NCBI GenBank assembly: GCA_031414535.1
Contig: JANNVQ010000030.1
Span: 128,001 to 192,000 of the forward strand
Origin: Gemmatimonas sp.
GTDB taxonomy: Bacteria; Gemmatimonadota; Gemmatimonadetes; Gemmatimonadales; Gemmatimonadaceae
Direction of reading: 5' to 3'
DNA: 64,000 nucleotides
Shown: one piece after another, positions 20,252-31,279 of the stretch
Numbering within the stretch: the first letter of the stretch is position 1
Layout: each line of letters starts with the position of its first letter
Made by a program: the position numbers and the translations under genes
The notes under the pieces: generated by a model
The model's database searches: none
The model's input: the letters and a program-made list of their open reading frames with translations, nothing else
Told to the model about the DNA's origin: nothing

Positions 20252-21487
20252 TCAGCCCCCGAACGCGTTCATCCCCGTCACGGCCTGCCCAAGAATCAGC
20301 GAATGAATGTCGTGCGTGCCTTCATACGTGTACACGCTCTCGAGATTCGCCATGTGCCGCATGCTCGCATACTCGGCGAGCACACCGTTGCCGCCGAGCA
20401 AGCGCCGCGCCTCGCGAGCGATCTCTGTGGCGATGTTGACGTTGTTCCGCTTGGCCAGTGACACCTGCTGGGGCGTGAACGTCCCCGCGTCCTTCATGCG
20501 GCCCAGGTGCAGCGAAACCAGCTGACCTTTAGTCAGTTCGGTGAGCATGTCGGCTAGGCGCACCTGCTGGATCTGGAAGCCACCAATCGGGCGGCCAAAC
20601 ATCACACGCTCCTTGGAGTAGCTCACCGCTTCCTCGAAGCAGGCCATCGCCGCGCCAAGCGCGCCCCAAGAAATGCCGTAGCGCGCCTGCGTGAGGCACA
20701 TGAGCGGGCTCTTGAGGCCACCGCTCTTCGGCAGGATGGCATCGGCCGCGAGATGCACACCATCAAACACGAGCTCAGCGGTATCCGACGCACGCAGCGA
20801 GAGCTTGCCTTTCACCTCCTTCGATGTGAATCCCTTGGCGTCCGTGGGGACGAGGAAGCCGCGAATCGAGTTGCCGGTTTCATCGTTGTCTTCGGTCTTG
20901 GCCCACACAACGCAGACGTGCGCCTGCTTGCCGTTGGTGATCCACATCTTGCCGCCGTTCAGAATCCAGCTGCCGTCTGCCTGCTTGCGAGCACGCGTGA
21001 TCATGCCGGCGGGATTGCTGCCGTAATCGGGCTCAGTGAGACCGAAGCAGCCAATCTTCTCGCCCTTCGCCATCTGCGGCAGCCAGTACTTCTTCTGTTC
21101 CTCGGAGCCAAACGCGTAGATCGGATACATCACCAGCGCGCCCTGCACCGACGCAAACGAGCGAATGCCCGAATCGCCGCGCTCGAGCTCCTGCATGATG
21201 ATGCCGTACATCACGTTGTTGAGGCCGGCGCAGCCGTACTCCTCAGGCAGGTTCGCGCCGAAGTAGCCGTTCTCGCCCATTTCGGCGATCAGCTCTTTGG
21301 GGAAGCGGCCGTCCACGTAGCACTGCCCGATAATCGGCAGGACTTTCTCGTCCACAAAGGCGCGCACGGAGTCGCGCACCGCGCGTTCTTCCTCTGTGAG
21401 GCCAGCGTCGATATTGAAAAGGTCGCCTTCGCGCGGCTTGAGTTGCGGCGAGGCGAGGTGGGTCTCGATTTCAGTCATGTGGGACAT
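20252..21487 (-). CDS. gcdH: glutaryl-CoA dehydrogenase-like acyl-CoA dehydrogenase
   Basis: ELERGDSG.RS..SVQ..LVM.PI, CFGLTEPDYGS, LESVYTYEGTHDIH; start at 21487 or 21478. Confidence 0.85.
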   Translation of the reverse strand: MSHMTEIETHLASPQLKPREGDLFNIDAGLTEEERAVRDSVRAFVDEKVLPIIGQCYVDGRFPKELIAEMGENGYFGANLPEEYGCAGLNNVMYGIIMQELERGDSGIRSFASVQGALVMYPIYAFGSEEQKKYWLPQMAKGEKIGCFGLTEPDYGSNPAGMITRARKQADGSWILNGGKMWITNGKQAHVCVVWAKTEDNDETGNSIRGFLVPTDAKGFTSKEVKGKLSLRASDTAELVFDGVHLAADAILPKSGGLKSPLMCLTQARYGISWGALGAAMACFEEAVSYSKERVMFGRPIGGFQIQQVRLADMLTELTKGQLVSLHLGRMKDAGTFTPQQVSLAKRNNVNIATEIAREARRLLGGNGVLAEYASMRHMANLESVYTYEGTHDIHSLILGQAVTGMNAFGG

Positions 21488-21582
21488 CGCGGGGTCCGAA
21501 AAAGGGTCCCCAAAATCTAACGCTCTGACCCACACTCCGGCGGGTGCCCCCGGACTCTGTCCGGGGGTATGTTCCGATGTAG

Positions 21583-23325
21583 ATGCCACACAGCGTCCCA
21601 CTGATCGCCACGATCGCCGGCGCTTTCGGCCTCGCCCTCTTGCTCGGCTTCATTGCCGTACGCCTCAAGATGCCGGCGCTGGTCGGATATCTCGTGGCGG
21701 GCGTCATCGTGGGACCGTTCTCTCCGGGCTTCACCGCCGACTTAGGCCTGACGCAGCAGCTCGCCGAAGTCGGCGTCATTCTGTTGCTCTTCGGCGTCGG
21801 ACTGCACCTCTCGCTTGACGACTTGCTCAGCGTCCGCGCCATTGCCGTCACTGGCGCGGTCGTGCGCATCCTCATCGGCACGACCGTATCCGTGGCACTG
21901 GCGCTGTGGTGGGAATGGGACCTTGGGGCCGGCATCATCTTCGGGCTTTCGCTGTCCGTGGCCAGCACGGTGGTGCTGCTGCGCGCCCTCGAAGCGGACG
22001 GTACGCTGCAGACGCTGACGGGCAAAATTGCGATTGGTTGGCTGGTGGTTGAGGACATCATCATCGTGCTGGCCCTCGTGCTCCTGCCACCGCTGGCCCT
22101 CGTGCTGGGCGCTGGCGCGGCACCCGACACGCTGGCGAGCGGGCGGGGTCTGGGAGTGGAACTCAGCATCACGCTCGGGAAGCTTGCGCTCTTCGTGGCG
22201 TTGATGCTGGGCGTGGGACGTCGCGCCTTCCCCTGGCTCTTGATGCAAGTTGCGCGCACGGGTTCGCGCGAGCTCTTCACGCTTTGCGTGGTCGCTGCCG
22301 CCGTGGGCATCGCCTACGGCGCCGGAGTGCTCTTTGGCGTTTCGTTCGCACTCGGCGCGTTCTTCGCTGGACTCGTGTTGCAGTCGTCGGAGTTCAGCCA
22401 GCGCGCGGCCGACGAGTCGCTCCCGCTACGCGATGCGTTCTCGGTGCTGTTTTTTGTGTCAGTGGGCATGCTCTTTAACCCATCTATCCTGTGGAGAGAG
22501 CCGGCGCATGTGCTCGCGACGGTTGGCATCGTAGTGGTCGGCAAGAGCATCGTCACGATCGCCCTAGTGCTCGCGTTTCGGTATCCGCTCAATACGGCCG
22601 TCACGGTGGGCGCAGGACTGGCACAGATCGGCGAGTTCTCGTTCATCCTCGCGGGGATGGGCGTCTCACTTGGTCTCCTACCAGTCGAGGGCCGCGATCT
22701 CATCTTGGCAGCCTCGGTGATTTCTATCGCGATCAATCCGTTGGTGTTCGGGCTGGTAGATCCCGTTCAGCAATGGATCCTCAAGCGCTCGCCCCAGGCG
22801 CGCTTCATGGAACGCAATCTGGACCGTTTGGCGGAACTCCCGCGCTCCATCACGCCGGCACAGCTGACTGGCCACGTCCTGATTGTCGGCTACGGTCGCG
22901 TAGGACGGCGGATTGCCGACGTGGTACGCGGGCTCGGCATCGCCATCGTTGTTGCTGAACAGAACCGGGAGATCGTCGCGCGATTGCGCGCGGAGGGGAT
23001 TCCCGCTGTGTCCGGTGATGGCTCCGAAGCGTCCGTGCTCATCCAAGGCCACGTGTCGCGCGCCCGGGCCCTTGTAATCGCCACGCCAGATGCAGCTGCG
23101 GCTCGCGCCATGTTGGAAATAGCGCGCCAGCTCAGGCCTGAGCTCCCCGTGATTATCCGGACGCACAATGATGATGAGACCTCGCTGCTCCGCGCCGCGG
23201 TAGGGCGTGGCAGCGTGGTGTTTGGCGAAGAAGAACTCGCCACCGGTATGACGCGGGCGGTATTGGAGCAGTTGGGCGATTTAAACACCACGGCACCGAC
23301 GCCGTCGTCTACACCGGCCGTTTAG
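21583..23325 (+). CDS. CPA2 cation:proton antiporter with TrkA-N domain (YbaL/RosB-like)
   Basis: LAEVGVILLLFGVGLH, SVASTVV, WLVVED, QIGEFSF, GYGRVG. Confidence 0.9.
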   Translation: MPHSVPLIATIAGAFGLALLLGFIAVRLKMPALVGYLVAGVIVGPFSPGFTADLGLTQQLAEVGVILLLFGVGLHLSLDDLLSVRAIAVTGAVVRILIGTTVSVALALWWEWDLGAGIIFGLSLSVASTVVLLRALEADGTLQTLTGKIAIGWLVVEDIIIVLALVLLPPLALVLGAGAAPDTLASGRGLGVELSITLGKLALFVALMLGVGRRAFPWLLMQVARTGSRELFTLCVVAAAVGIAYGAGVLFGVSFALGAFFAGLVLQSSEFSQRAADESLPLRDAFSVLFFVSVGMLFNPSILWREPAHVLATVGIVVVGKSIVTIALVLAFRYPLNTAVTVGAGLAQIGEFSFILAGMGVSLGLLPVEGRDLILAASVISIAINPLVFGLVDPVQQWILKRSPQARFMERNLDRLAELPRSITPAQLTGHVLIVGYGRVGRRIADVVRGLGIAIVVAEQNREIVARLRAEGIPAVSGDGSEASVLIQGHVSRARALVIATPDAAAARAMLEIARQLRPELPVIIRTHNDDETSLLRAAVGRGSVVFGEEELATGMTRAVLEQLGDLNTTAPTPSSTPAV

Positions 23326-24103
23326 CTCTCGGTAGCGCACCCACCTCACGGCACTTCCGCCGGAAGTCGAGCCCGTGATCGATCGGCAGGCCGTTCTCGT
23401 GCTGCCACTGGTGTACCATCTCGTGTAGCAGCGTTTCGACGGCGCTGGCGAATCCGTCCCGGCGAATGTGCCGTGCACTGAGGGCAATCTCAGCACCACC
23501 GCCCTCGACGCCGGGTGCGTAATGCCCCAGCCGACGCATCATCCGACGCGACACGCGAATCGCAATCTGTTGCAACTTTGCTTGAAAGCGCTCACCGTTC
23601 AACCGCGTGTGCCACTCCGCCAAGCGCTCGGCGAAGACTTCATCGTCGGGATGCGTGCGCTCAGGAGCACGAGGCGGTTTGGTGTGCTTGGGTAACTGAT
23701 AGGCGAGGATGGCCTGACGCGCCGTCTGCCGCTCCCAAGGCTTCTTGGCCATCACGAAGCGCACAATCTGCGCGTGCATATCCACCGGCGCCGTGCAGAA
23801 GCCCTCGTGTAGCCGCAACTCGTAGCCCTTGAGCGACACCACAACACTGCGATTGCGAGTCAGCACCAGCGAGCGCACGTGCTGCAGTCCCATGCCCTTC
23901 AAGGTGCCGAGGAGGAGGTCCGCCGCGCGTGCAGCATCCTCCGCGTCTTCGGCATCCTGCTCGTCCTCGCCATCGCGGTCATCGTCCGCGACTTGGGGGG
24001 CGGAAACGGGCGCGGCAGCACCAAAGAACTCCGACACCGCAGTCGCCGCCGCATCAAAGAGCAGTCCGAGCTGTGACCCATCGTCACTCGCGCGACGCTT
24101 CAT
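23309..24103 (-). CDS. SprT-like zinc metalloprotease
   Basis: TLLHEMVHQW...DHG..F motif. Confidence 0.75.
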   Translation of the reverse strand: MKRRASDDGSQLGLLFDAAATAVSEFFGAAAPVSAPQVADDDRDGEDEQDAEDAEDAARAADLLLGTLKGMGLQHVRSLVLTRNRSVVVSLKGYELRLHEGFCTAPVDMHAQIVRFVMAKKPWERQTARQAILAYQLPKHTKPPRAPERTHPDDEVFAERLAEWHTRLNGERFQAKLQQIAIRVSRRMMRRLGHYAPGVEGGGAEIALSARHIRRDGFASAVETLLHEMVHQWQHENGLPIDHGLDFRRKCREVGALPRAKRPV

Positions 24104-24918
24104 CGCGGGAACACGCGCGTGTTGCGCGGCGAGAAGTCCCGCTCCTCGGCGCTCCAAACGCAGGCGCGCACGCGGAACTCCTTGGGCTCGACCTCAATCT
24201 CCTGGAACGCCGCCGGCAGTCCGCCGCGCGTGCGCTCGCAGAAGCTGGTGCTGTGCGACACGACCATGCGTCGGCCCATCAGCTCAACCGGCTCAATGCG
24301 CGTCTGGTGATCGTGCCCGTTGAGCACGAGATCGGCGCCGGTCTCAAGCGCTTCACCGATGCCCGTGGCGCGATTCACCAAGCCCCAACGCCGCGAGAGA
24401 TCACCGCGCAGCAGGTTGTGGTGGAACACCAACACCTTCAAATGATCAGCTGGCGCTGCGGCAAAGATGGCCTTGGCCTTCTCCCATTGAGCCGGTCGAA
24501 TGGCTCCCACCACAGAGAGGTCACGAGCCCGCGTTGTCAGCGTGTACGTGCGCACACCGTGGCTGGAATTGAGCCCCACGATGGTGACGCCCGGCAACTG
24601 CAGTGTGGGCTCAAGCTCGCTGTGTATCCACTTGCGGTACCCAGCGAGCAAGGACGATTCCACGCCAAGACCCATCGGCTTCCACCACCAAGCCACATCG
24701 TGATTGCCTGGCACGGTAAAGACCGGCACAAGCGCCCGCAACGCATCTAACCAGGCTTTGGCCGCACGGAACTGCTCACGAAAGTTTCGCTGCGTGAGAT
24801 CGCCGGCCACCACCACGGCATCGTAGCGACCACTCGCCACGCGCCGCTCGACGGCATCGGTGTAGGCCGCCACGGCGTGACGGCCAAAGTGTACATCCGA
24901 CACCTGAAGCAGACGCAC
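24100..24918 (-). CDS. calcineurin-like metallophosphoesterase
   Basis: SDVHFG, GDLT, PGNHD, HH, GHDH. Confidence 0.9.
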   Translation of the reverse strand: MRLLQVSDVHFGRHAVAAYTDAVERRVASGRYDAVVVAGDLTQRNFREQFRAAKAWLDALRALVPVFTVPGNHDVAWWWKPMGLGVESSLLAGYRKWIHSELEPTLQLPGVTIVGLNSSHGVRTYTLTTRARDLSVVGAIRPAQWEKAKAIFAAAPADHLKVLVFHHNLLRGDLSRRWGLVNRATGIGEALETGADLVLNGHDHQTRIEPVELMGRRMVVSHSTSFCERTRGGLPAAFQEIEVEPKEFRVRACVWSAEERDFSPRNTRVFPR

Positions 24919-24926
24919 GGAGCGAA

Positions 24927-25955
24927 TCAGCTCTTGGCGAGACGCGCGATCACCGCGTCGGTGTACTCGTCCGTGCTTGCCGTGCCACCCACGTCGCGCG
25001 TGACGGTTTTCTGTTCACGCAAAGTGGCCTCGATGGCCGCCCGAATGCGATTGGCGCGCTCACCCTGACCGACGTGATCGAGGAGCTGACAGGCCGCGAG
25101 CATCACGGCTGTGGGGTTCGCGATGCCTTGCCCCACGATGTCGGGTGCCGTCCCGTGCACCGCTTCGAAGATGCCGCAGTCATATCCGATGTTGGCTCCC
25201 GGTGTCAGGCCGAGCCCGCCGACGAGGCCACTCGTGAGATCCGAGAGGATGTCACCGAAGAGATTTGTCGTCACAATCACATCGAAGCGCTCGGGACGCA
25301 TCACGAGCTCCATCGCGCAGGCGTCCACGATCTTGTCCTCGCAGAGCACGCGACCCTCGTACTCCTTAGCCACCACGCGCCCCGTCTCGAGGAACAATCC
25401 CTGCGAGTACTTGAGGATGTTGGCCTTGTGCACGATGGTCACCTTCTTGCGTCCGTGCTTGAGCGCGTACTCAAACGCATAGCGCACGATGCGCTCGGCC
25501 GCGTGCCGCGACACGATTGCCACCGACTGCGCCACCGCGTGCGGATCGTCACCGACCTTCACGTAGTTCTCGATGCCGACGTAGAGGCCTTCGGTGTTCT
25601 CGCGCACGAGCACGAGGTCCACATTCTCAAACCGTCCGCCCGGAATCACGGTCTTGGCAGGACGGAGATTCGCGTAGAGATCGAACTCCTTGCGGAGCGC
25701 CACGTTGATGCTGCGAAACCCCTTGCCCACCGGCGTCTCGAGTGGACCCTTCAGCGCAAGTCTGGTGCGCTTAATGGATTCGATGGTCGCGTCGGGCATC
25801 GGATCGCCGTGGGCCTTCACCGCCGCCATGCCGGCAAGTTGACGATCCCACGTGATGTCAGCGCCCGCTGCCGCGAGCAAGCGTAGGGTCGCTTCGGTGA
25901 TGGCGGGGCCGATGCCGTCGCCAGGAATCAGTGTGACGTCGAGTGACTTTGTCAT
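24927..25955 (-). CDS. icd: isocitrate dehydrogenase (short, NAD-type; isocitrate/isopropylmalate family)
   Basis: PGDGIGP, SINVALRK, RENTEGLY, HKANI, NLFGDILSD, FEAVHGTAPDI. Confidence 0.8.
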   Translation of the reverse strand: MTKSLDVTLIPGDGIGPAITEATLRLLAAAGADITWDRQLAGMAAVKAHGDPMPDATIESIKRTRLALKGPLETPVGKGFRSINVALRKEFDLYANLRPAKTVIPGGRFENVDLVLVRENTEGLYVGIENYVKVGDDPHAVAQSVAIVSRHAAERIVRYAFEYALKHGRKKVTIVHKANILKYSQGLFLETGRVVAKEYEGRVLCEDKIVDACAMELVMRPERFDVIVTTNLFGDILSDLTSGLVGGLGLTPGANIGYDCGIFEAVHGTAPDIVGQGIANPTAVMLAACQLLDHVGQGERANRIRAAIEATLREQKTVTRDVGGTASTDEYTDAVIARLAKS

Positions 25956-25970
25956 TTCTGTAAGAGAGCG

Positions 25971-26576
25971 TTACGGATCAACAACGAGATCGGCGATGCG
26001 CTTCGCCAGCGACTCTACCAGCGCAGTCGGCGAATCCGCTTCCACCGCGAGGTCAGCGTACCAGACCACCACACGCTGACGCGTGTCTACAATCACCAGG
26101 CGGAGCGTGGCCACGCCGCCGTACCCACGCAACTCCACGGGAATCAGGGCGTAGCGCGTGTCTCCAAGCGCCGAAATCGCGCGCAGGTTGTCGCCGAGGA
26201 GAGGCGGCAGGGGCTCGCGTGCGACAGGCGGAACCGTGCGCCAACGCCCGGCACCAAGTGCCGTGGGGTCCGAGCGTAGCGTGGGATTTCGGCGCGCGCT
26301 GCGCACCACGTCGCCTGCGAAGGCCCAGCGGCTGCCCATTCCGCGCTCACGAAACTCACGAGCAATGGCGGAATCGAGGTCGGCGCGCAGCATCGCGCCG
26401 TCTGCGGCCACGCTCCATCCCGCGGAATCGGCTCGCCAAAACTGCACTGGCGTGACCGCCATGCGCTCCGCCGCAAACTGGGCCAGCGGACGCCCCGCTG
26501 GTGGCGACTCAGCAGCCGATTGAGCCCCGAGCCAGACAGGGAGCAGCACCATAGCCAGCGCTCGGAGGGTTCGCAT
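25971..26576 (-). CDS. secreted hypothetical protein
   Basis: Signal-peptide-like N-terminus; co-directional with icd. Confidence 0.55.
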   Translation of the reverse strand: MRTLRALAMVLLPVWLGAQSAAESPPAGRPLAQFAAERMAVTPVQFWRADSAGWSVAADGAMLRADLDSAIAREFRERGMGSRWAFAGDVVRSARRNPTLRSDPTALGAGRWRTVPPVAREPLPPLLGDNLRAISALGDTRYALIPVELRGYGGVATLRLVIVDTRQRVVVWYADLAVEADSPTALVESLAKRIADLVVDP

Positions 26577-26700
26577 AGCGGAAATCTAACGGAGCGCCAC
26601 CATCACTCCCACTGCCTCGCCCTTACGCCGGAGGGGGAAAATCCGGTAGGATTGGCAGACCTCACGACACGCTCGGGCCACCCCCCCCTTTCCACCCCCG

Positions 26701-28773
26701 ATGCCACGCTGGATTTCTGCACTTATCTGGGCCGTCGTCGCCATCGTTGGCGCCTTCGCATTCGGCTACTTAGGCCTGCGCCGCGGGGAGACAATCTCCG
26801 CCGCCTGGCTCCTCACGGCTGCCATCTGCACCTACGCGGTGGCCTATCGCTTTTACTCCAAGATCATCGCGGCCAAGATCTTCGCGCTCGATGCCACGCG
26901 GGCCACGCCGGCGGAGCGCCTCGCCGATGGCCGTGACTTTGTCCCGACCAACAAGTGGATTGTCTTCGGACACCACTTTGCGGCTATTTCTGGCCCTGGT
27001 CCCCTCGTCGGACCAACGCTCGCCGCACAGTTCGGCTACCTACCTGGCGCGCTGTGGATCATCGTCGGCGTCGCGCTCGGCGGCGCGGTGCAGGACTTCG
27101 TGATTCTTTGCGCCTCTGTGCGCCGCGACGGCAAGTCGCTGGGCCAGATGGCAAAGGAAGAGATTGGCCCCATTGCCGGCTACACGGCGCTCGTTGCGGT
27201 GATGGGCATCATGATCATCCTGATCTCCGTGCTGGCGCTGGTCGTCGTCAATGCGCTGCGCGATTCCGCGTGGGCCACCGTGACCGTTGGCCTAACGATA
27301 CCTATCGCCATGCTGATGGGCGTGTACATGCGCTACATCCGTCCCGGTGCCGTGCTGGAGACCAGCCTGATTGGACTCGTGTTGCTCGCCCTTTCGCTGT
27401 ACGCGGGGCGCTGGGCCGCGGAGCACGCCGTACTCGGGCCGATGTTTACGCTCGATGCCAAGACCCTAGCGTGGTCAGTGATGGTGTACGGCTTTGCGGC
27501 GTCAGTGATTCCTGTGTGGCTGCTGCTTGCGCCTCGCGACTACCTCTCGGCGTTCGTGAAGATCGGCGTAGTTGTGGCGCTCGCGGGCGGCATCCTCTTC
27601 GTGCTCCCGCCTCTACAGATGCCCGCGGTCACGCAGTTCATTGACGGCACAGGGCCCGTATTCGCGGGCAAGCTCTTTCCATTTGTGTTCATTACAATCG
27701 CCTGCGGCGCCATCTCTGGATTCCACGCGCTGATTGCCAGTGGCACCACGCCCAAGCTGCTCGACAACGAAGCCGACGCGCGCATGGTCGGGTACGGTGC
27801 AATGCTCACAGAATCGCTCGTGGCGGTGATGGCACTCATCGCGGCCTGCGTACTCACGCCGGGCATCTACTTCGCGATTAATGCACCCGTTGGCATCATC
27901 GGGACTACGGCGGAGAGCGCCGCGCAAGTGATTGCCACCTGGGGCTTCGTGCTCAACCCCGCCGATCTCACCGCGCTCGCCGTGCAGGTGGAGGAGAGTT
28001 CCCTGCTCTCGCGTACCGGCGGCGCGCCTTCGCTCGCTGTTGGCATGGCCAAAATCTTTGCTGATGTGCTCGGCGGCGACACGGCGATGGCGCTCTGGTA
28101 CCATTTCGCGCTGATGTTCGAGGCCCTGTTCATTCTCACGACGGTTGATGCGGGCACGCGTGTGGGCCGCTTCATGCTGCAAGACCTCGGGAAGCACATC
28201 TGGGAGCCCTTTGGTCGCACGGGGTGGTATCCCGCGGTCTTGCTGTCCTCGGCGATGGTCTGCGGCATGTGGGGCTGGTTCTTGTATCAAGGTGTGACCG
28301 ACCCGCTCGGCGGCATCAACTCGCTCTGGCCGCTGTTTGGCATCTCCAATCAGTTGCTCGCCACGGTGGCGCTCTGCGTGGGCACGACCATCATCATTCG
28401 CATGGGCAAGGCGAAGTACGTGTTCGTCACGCTCATTCCCATGACGTGGTTGGTGATTGTCACGAGTACCGCAAGTTTGCAGAAGATCTTCGATGCCAAC
28501 CCTCGCGTGGGATTCCTCTCGCACGCCCAGTGGGTGCGCGACAAGCTGGCGGCGGGAGAGTTGCCGCCCGGTGTGGCGGATGCAGCGGGCGCGGCTCGCA
28601 TGATCCTCAACGACAACATCAATACGGGCGTGGCAAGCTTCTTCTTGATTGCCACCCTGATCATCCTGCTCGACTCGATGCGGACCTGGTACTTGGTTCT
28701 CAGTGGTCGGATTCCGGCGACGACGAACGAAGCGCCATATCAGGTTTCAGCGCGGGCGAAGGTAGCTGCGTAG
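26701..28773 (+). CDS. cstA: carbon starvation protein A family transporter (peptide/pyruvate)
   Basis: FGHHFAAISGPGPLVGP, LLAPRDYLS, IACGAISGFH, GGAPSLAVG, LWPLFGISNQ. Confidence 0.95.
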   Translation: MPRWISALIWAVVAIVGAFAFGYLGLRRGETISAAWLLTAAICTYAVAYRFYSKIIAAKIFALDATRATPAERLADGRDFVPTNKWIVFGHHFAAISGPGPLVGPTLAAQFGYLPGALWIIVGVALGGAVQDFVILCASVRRDGKSLGQMAKEEIGPIAGYTALVAVMGIMIILISVLALVVVNALRDSAWATVTVGLTIPIAMLMGVYMRYIRPGAVLETSLIGLVLLALSLYAGRWAAEHAVLGPMFTLDAKTLAWSVMVYGFAASVIPVWLLLAPRDYLSAFVKIGVVVALAGGILFVLPPLQMPAVTQFIDGTGPVFAGKLFPFVFITIACGAISGFHALIASGTTPKLLDNEADARMVGYGAMLTESLVAVMALIAACVLTPGIYFAINAPVGIIGTTAESAAQVIATWGFVLNPADLTALAVQVEESSLLSRTGGAPSLAVGMAKIFADVLGGDTAMALWYHFALMFEALFILTTVDAGTRVGRFMLQDLGKHIWEPFGRTGWYPAVLLSSAMVCGMWGWFLYQGVTDPLGGINSLWPLFGISNQLLATVALCVGTTIIIRMGKAKYVFVTLIPMTWLVIVTSTASLQKIFDANPRVGFLSHAQWVRDKLAAGELPPGVADAAGAARMILNDNINTGVASFFLIATLIILLDSMRTWYLVLSGRIPATTNEAPYQVSARAKVAA

Positions 28774-28777
28774 TTGT

Positions 28778-28911
28778 TCACCACGGAGGCACGGAGACGC
28801 GGAGACTGCGACCGCAAGGAGTACGGGGGGGGGTGCCCAAGACGTTTCATTTGCGTTTTTCCCCAAGTCCTTGCCTTTGTCATTCTCTGAGCCTCCGTGC
28901 CTCCGTGGTGA
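28778..28911. repeat. REP/MITE-like element, family B (CACCACGRAGGCACGRAG termini), copy 1
   Basis: 19-bp perfect terminal inverted repeat tcaccacggaggcacggag / ctccgtgcctccgtggtga. Confidence 0.75.
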
Positions 28912-28942
28912 TTGTCTTTTCTTTCTTAACGGACCGATTCTC

Positions 28943-31279
28943 ATGCGTCGCGTAGCACTCGCGCTCTCACTCCTCGCTGTACCGCTCGCGGCGCAGCAGC
29001 AGCCCGCCTTTGACCTGTCGGTGCGTAACATCATGCGCGGCCCAGAGCTCTACGGGCGCGAACCGGCACAGGTGCGCTGGACTGCTGATGGTCAGTGGGT
29101 GTACTTCCGCTGGCTCGCGCCGGGCGCGGCGTGGAACGAGAGTCTCAAACCGTACCGCATCGCGCCGCGCGCTGGCGCCACACCTGAACTGCTCACCGAA
29201 GCACATCTGGATTCCGTGGCGCCCATGCTCGGCACCGGCCCGCGCTCCCGCGACGGCCGCCTACGCGTGGTGGCCGCTAATGGCGATATCTGGGTGCAGC
29301 AGCGAGACCAGCAGCAACGCGTTGGATTGCGCCGCATCACGCAAACCGCGGCCACTGAATCGGGTCCCCGCATCGCCCAAGACGGCCGTACGCTGTACTT
29401 CGTGCGCGAGAACAACGCTTACGCGTTTGACCTCGCGACGGGCCTTACACGGCAACTCTCCGATATCCGCAGCGGGGTGGCCCCGCGTGATCCCGCTGCT
29501 GCCACTGGGCAGCGCGGTGCAGTCGCCGAGCAACAGAGGATTCTCCTCGAGTATGTGCGCGAGCAGTTGCGTGCCGATTCCATTCGCCGCGCTGATCGCC
29601 GCGAGGCCGACGCGCGAGCACTGCCCGTCGTGTGGATTCCAACCGCCGAGCGCATCACTTCGCTTTCTATTTCGCCGGACGGCCGCAGCGCGCTGATCGC
29701 CACGACCACACCGGCGCAAAACACCAAGGGCAGCGACGTACCGGACTACGTCACCACGGACGGCTACCCGCGCATGATTCCGGGTCGCACCAAGGTGGGC
29801 GACGCGCAAGGCACGCCAAAGGTTGGTCATCTCGACTTCGCCAGCGGCCGCGTCACGTGGCTCAAACTCACGCCGGATTCCGCCGCAGTCGTTGGCGGCG
29901 CACAGATTGGCGACTGGAGCGCTGATGGCGCATTTGCCATCGTGAGTTCCACGAGCGCGGACTTTAAGCATCGCTGGCTCTTCAGCGTAGCCTCGGCGAA
30001 CGGTGCAACGGTGCTCGTGGATGCCCTGCGCGATGAAGCCTGGGTGAACGGTCCCTGCTTTGGCTGCAACGGATTCACGCCCGAGGGTCGCATCTGGTTC
30101 GTGTCCGAGCGCACGGGATTCTCGCAACTCTACGCCGTGAAGCCGGACGGTTCGGACAAGGTCGCAATCACCAGCGGTCGCTGGGAAGTGCTTGAGGTCG
30201 CCCTCAGCGACGACGGCCGCAACTTTGAGTTGAACACCAGCGAGCCAACGCCCTTCACGCGGCAGGCGTATCGGGTGTCCACCACCGGGGGAGCGCGTAC
30301 GCGCATTACGAGCGGCGATGGCGGCCACAGCGTGAGCTATGCGCCAGATGGCCAGCGCTATGTGACGGTGTACTCTGAAGCGAACACACCGCCCGAACTG
30401 TATCTGGGCCGGGTCGGGCAGGCCGCAACGTCGCGCCTCACGACGTCCACCACCGAGGAGTTCCGTCGTCAGGCGTGGATCAAGCCAGAGATTGTGATGG
30501 TGCCCGGCGAGGATGGCACGCCTGTCCCCGCACGCATCTATCGTCCGCGTGATGTGGGCGCGCAGGCCAATGGCGCTGGCGTGATCTTTGTGCACGGCGC
30601 GGGCTACCTGCACAACATCCATAACTGGTGGTCCACGTACTCGCGCGAGTACATGTTCCATCACCTGCTCGCCTCCCAAGGCTATACGGTGCTCGACATC
30701 GACTACCGTGGCAGCGCAGGCTACGGCCGCGATTGGCGCACCGCCATCTATCGTCACATGGGCGGATGGGACTTGAACGATCATGTGAGTGGCAGCAAGT
30801 ATCTCACGGCCAACTTCGGCATCAATCCTGAGCGCATCGGCATTTACGGCGGCTCCTACGGCGGATTCATCACACTGATGGCGCTGTTCAACAAGCCAGA
30901 GTACTTCGGCGCCGGTGCCGCGCTACGCTCCGTGACCGATTGGGCCAACTACAATCACGGCTACACGGGCCGCATCCTGAATCTTCCGCAGGACGACACG
31001 CTCTCGTACCGTCGTTCTTCGCCAATCTTCTTCGCCGAAGGCCTGCGCGACCCGCTGCTCATCGCCCACGGCATGGTGGACACCAACGTGCAGTTCCAAG
31101 ACGTGGTGCAGCTCGCGCAACGCTTGATTGAACTCGGGAAGACAGATTGGGAGATGGCCGTATATCCCACAGAAGATCATGGCTTCGTGCGTCCGAGTTC
31201 GTGGACGGACGAGTATCGTCGCATTCTTGAGTTGTTCAATCGCACGATTGGGCCCAACGGGAGCAAGACACGCCCGTGA
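28943..31279 (+). CDS. secreted S9 family (DPP-IV-like) peptidase
   Basis: Signal peptide, beta-propeller, GGSYGG nucleophile, HGMVDTNV, EDHGF. Confidence 0.92.
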   Translation: MRRVALALSLLAVPLAAQQQPAFDLSVRNIMRGPELYGREPAQVRWTADGQWVYFRWLAPGAAWNESLKPYRIAPRAGATPELLTEAHLDSVAPMLGTGPRSRDGRLRVVAANGDIWVQQRDQQQRVGLRRITQTAATESGPRIAQDGRTLYFVRENNAYAFDLATGLTRQLSDIRSGVAPRDPAAATGQRGAVAEQQRILLEYVREQLRADSIRRADRREADARALPVVWIPTAERITSLSISPDGRSALIATTTPAQNTKGSDVPDYVTTDGYPRMIPGRTKVGDAQGTPKVGHLDFASGRVTWLKLTPDSAAVVGGAQIGDWSADGAFAIVSSTSADFKHRWLFSVASANGATVLVDALRDEAWVNGPCFGCNGFTPEGRIWFVSERTGFSQLYAVKPDGSDKVAITSGRWEVLEVALSDDGRNFELNTSEPTPFTRQAYRVSTTGGARTRITSGDGGHSVSYAPDGQRYVTVYSEANTPPELYLGRVGQAATSRLTTSTTEEFRRQAWIKPEIVMVPGEDGTPVPARIYRPRDVGAQANGAGVIFVHGAGYLHNIHNWWSTYSREYMFHHLLASQGYTVLDIDYRGSAGYGRDWRTAIYRHMGGWDLNDHVSGSKYLTANFGINPERIGIYGGSYGGFITLMALFNKPEYFGAGAALRSVTDWANYNHGYTGRILNLPQDDTLSYRRSSPIFFAEGLRDPLLIAHGMVDTNVQFQDVVQLAQRLIELGKTDWEMAVYPTEDHGFVRPSSWTDEYRRILELFNRTIGPNGSKTRP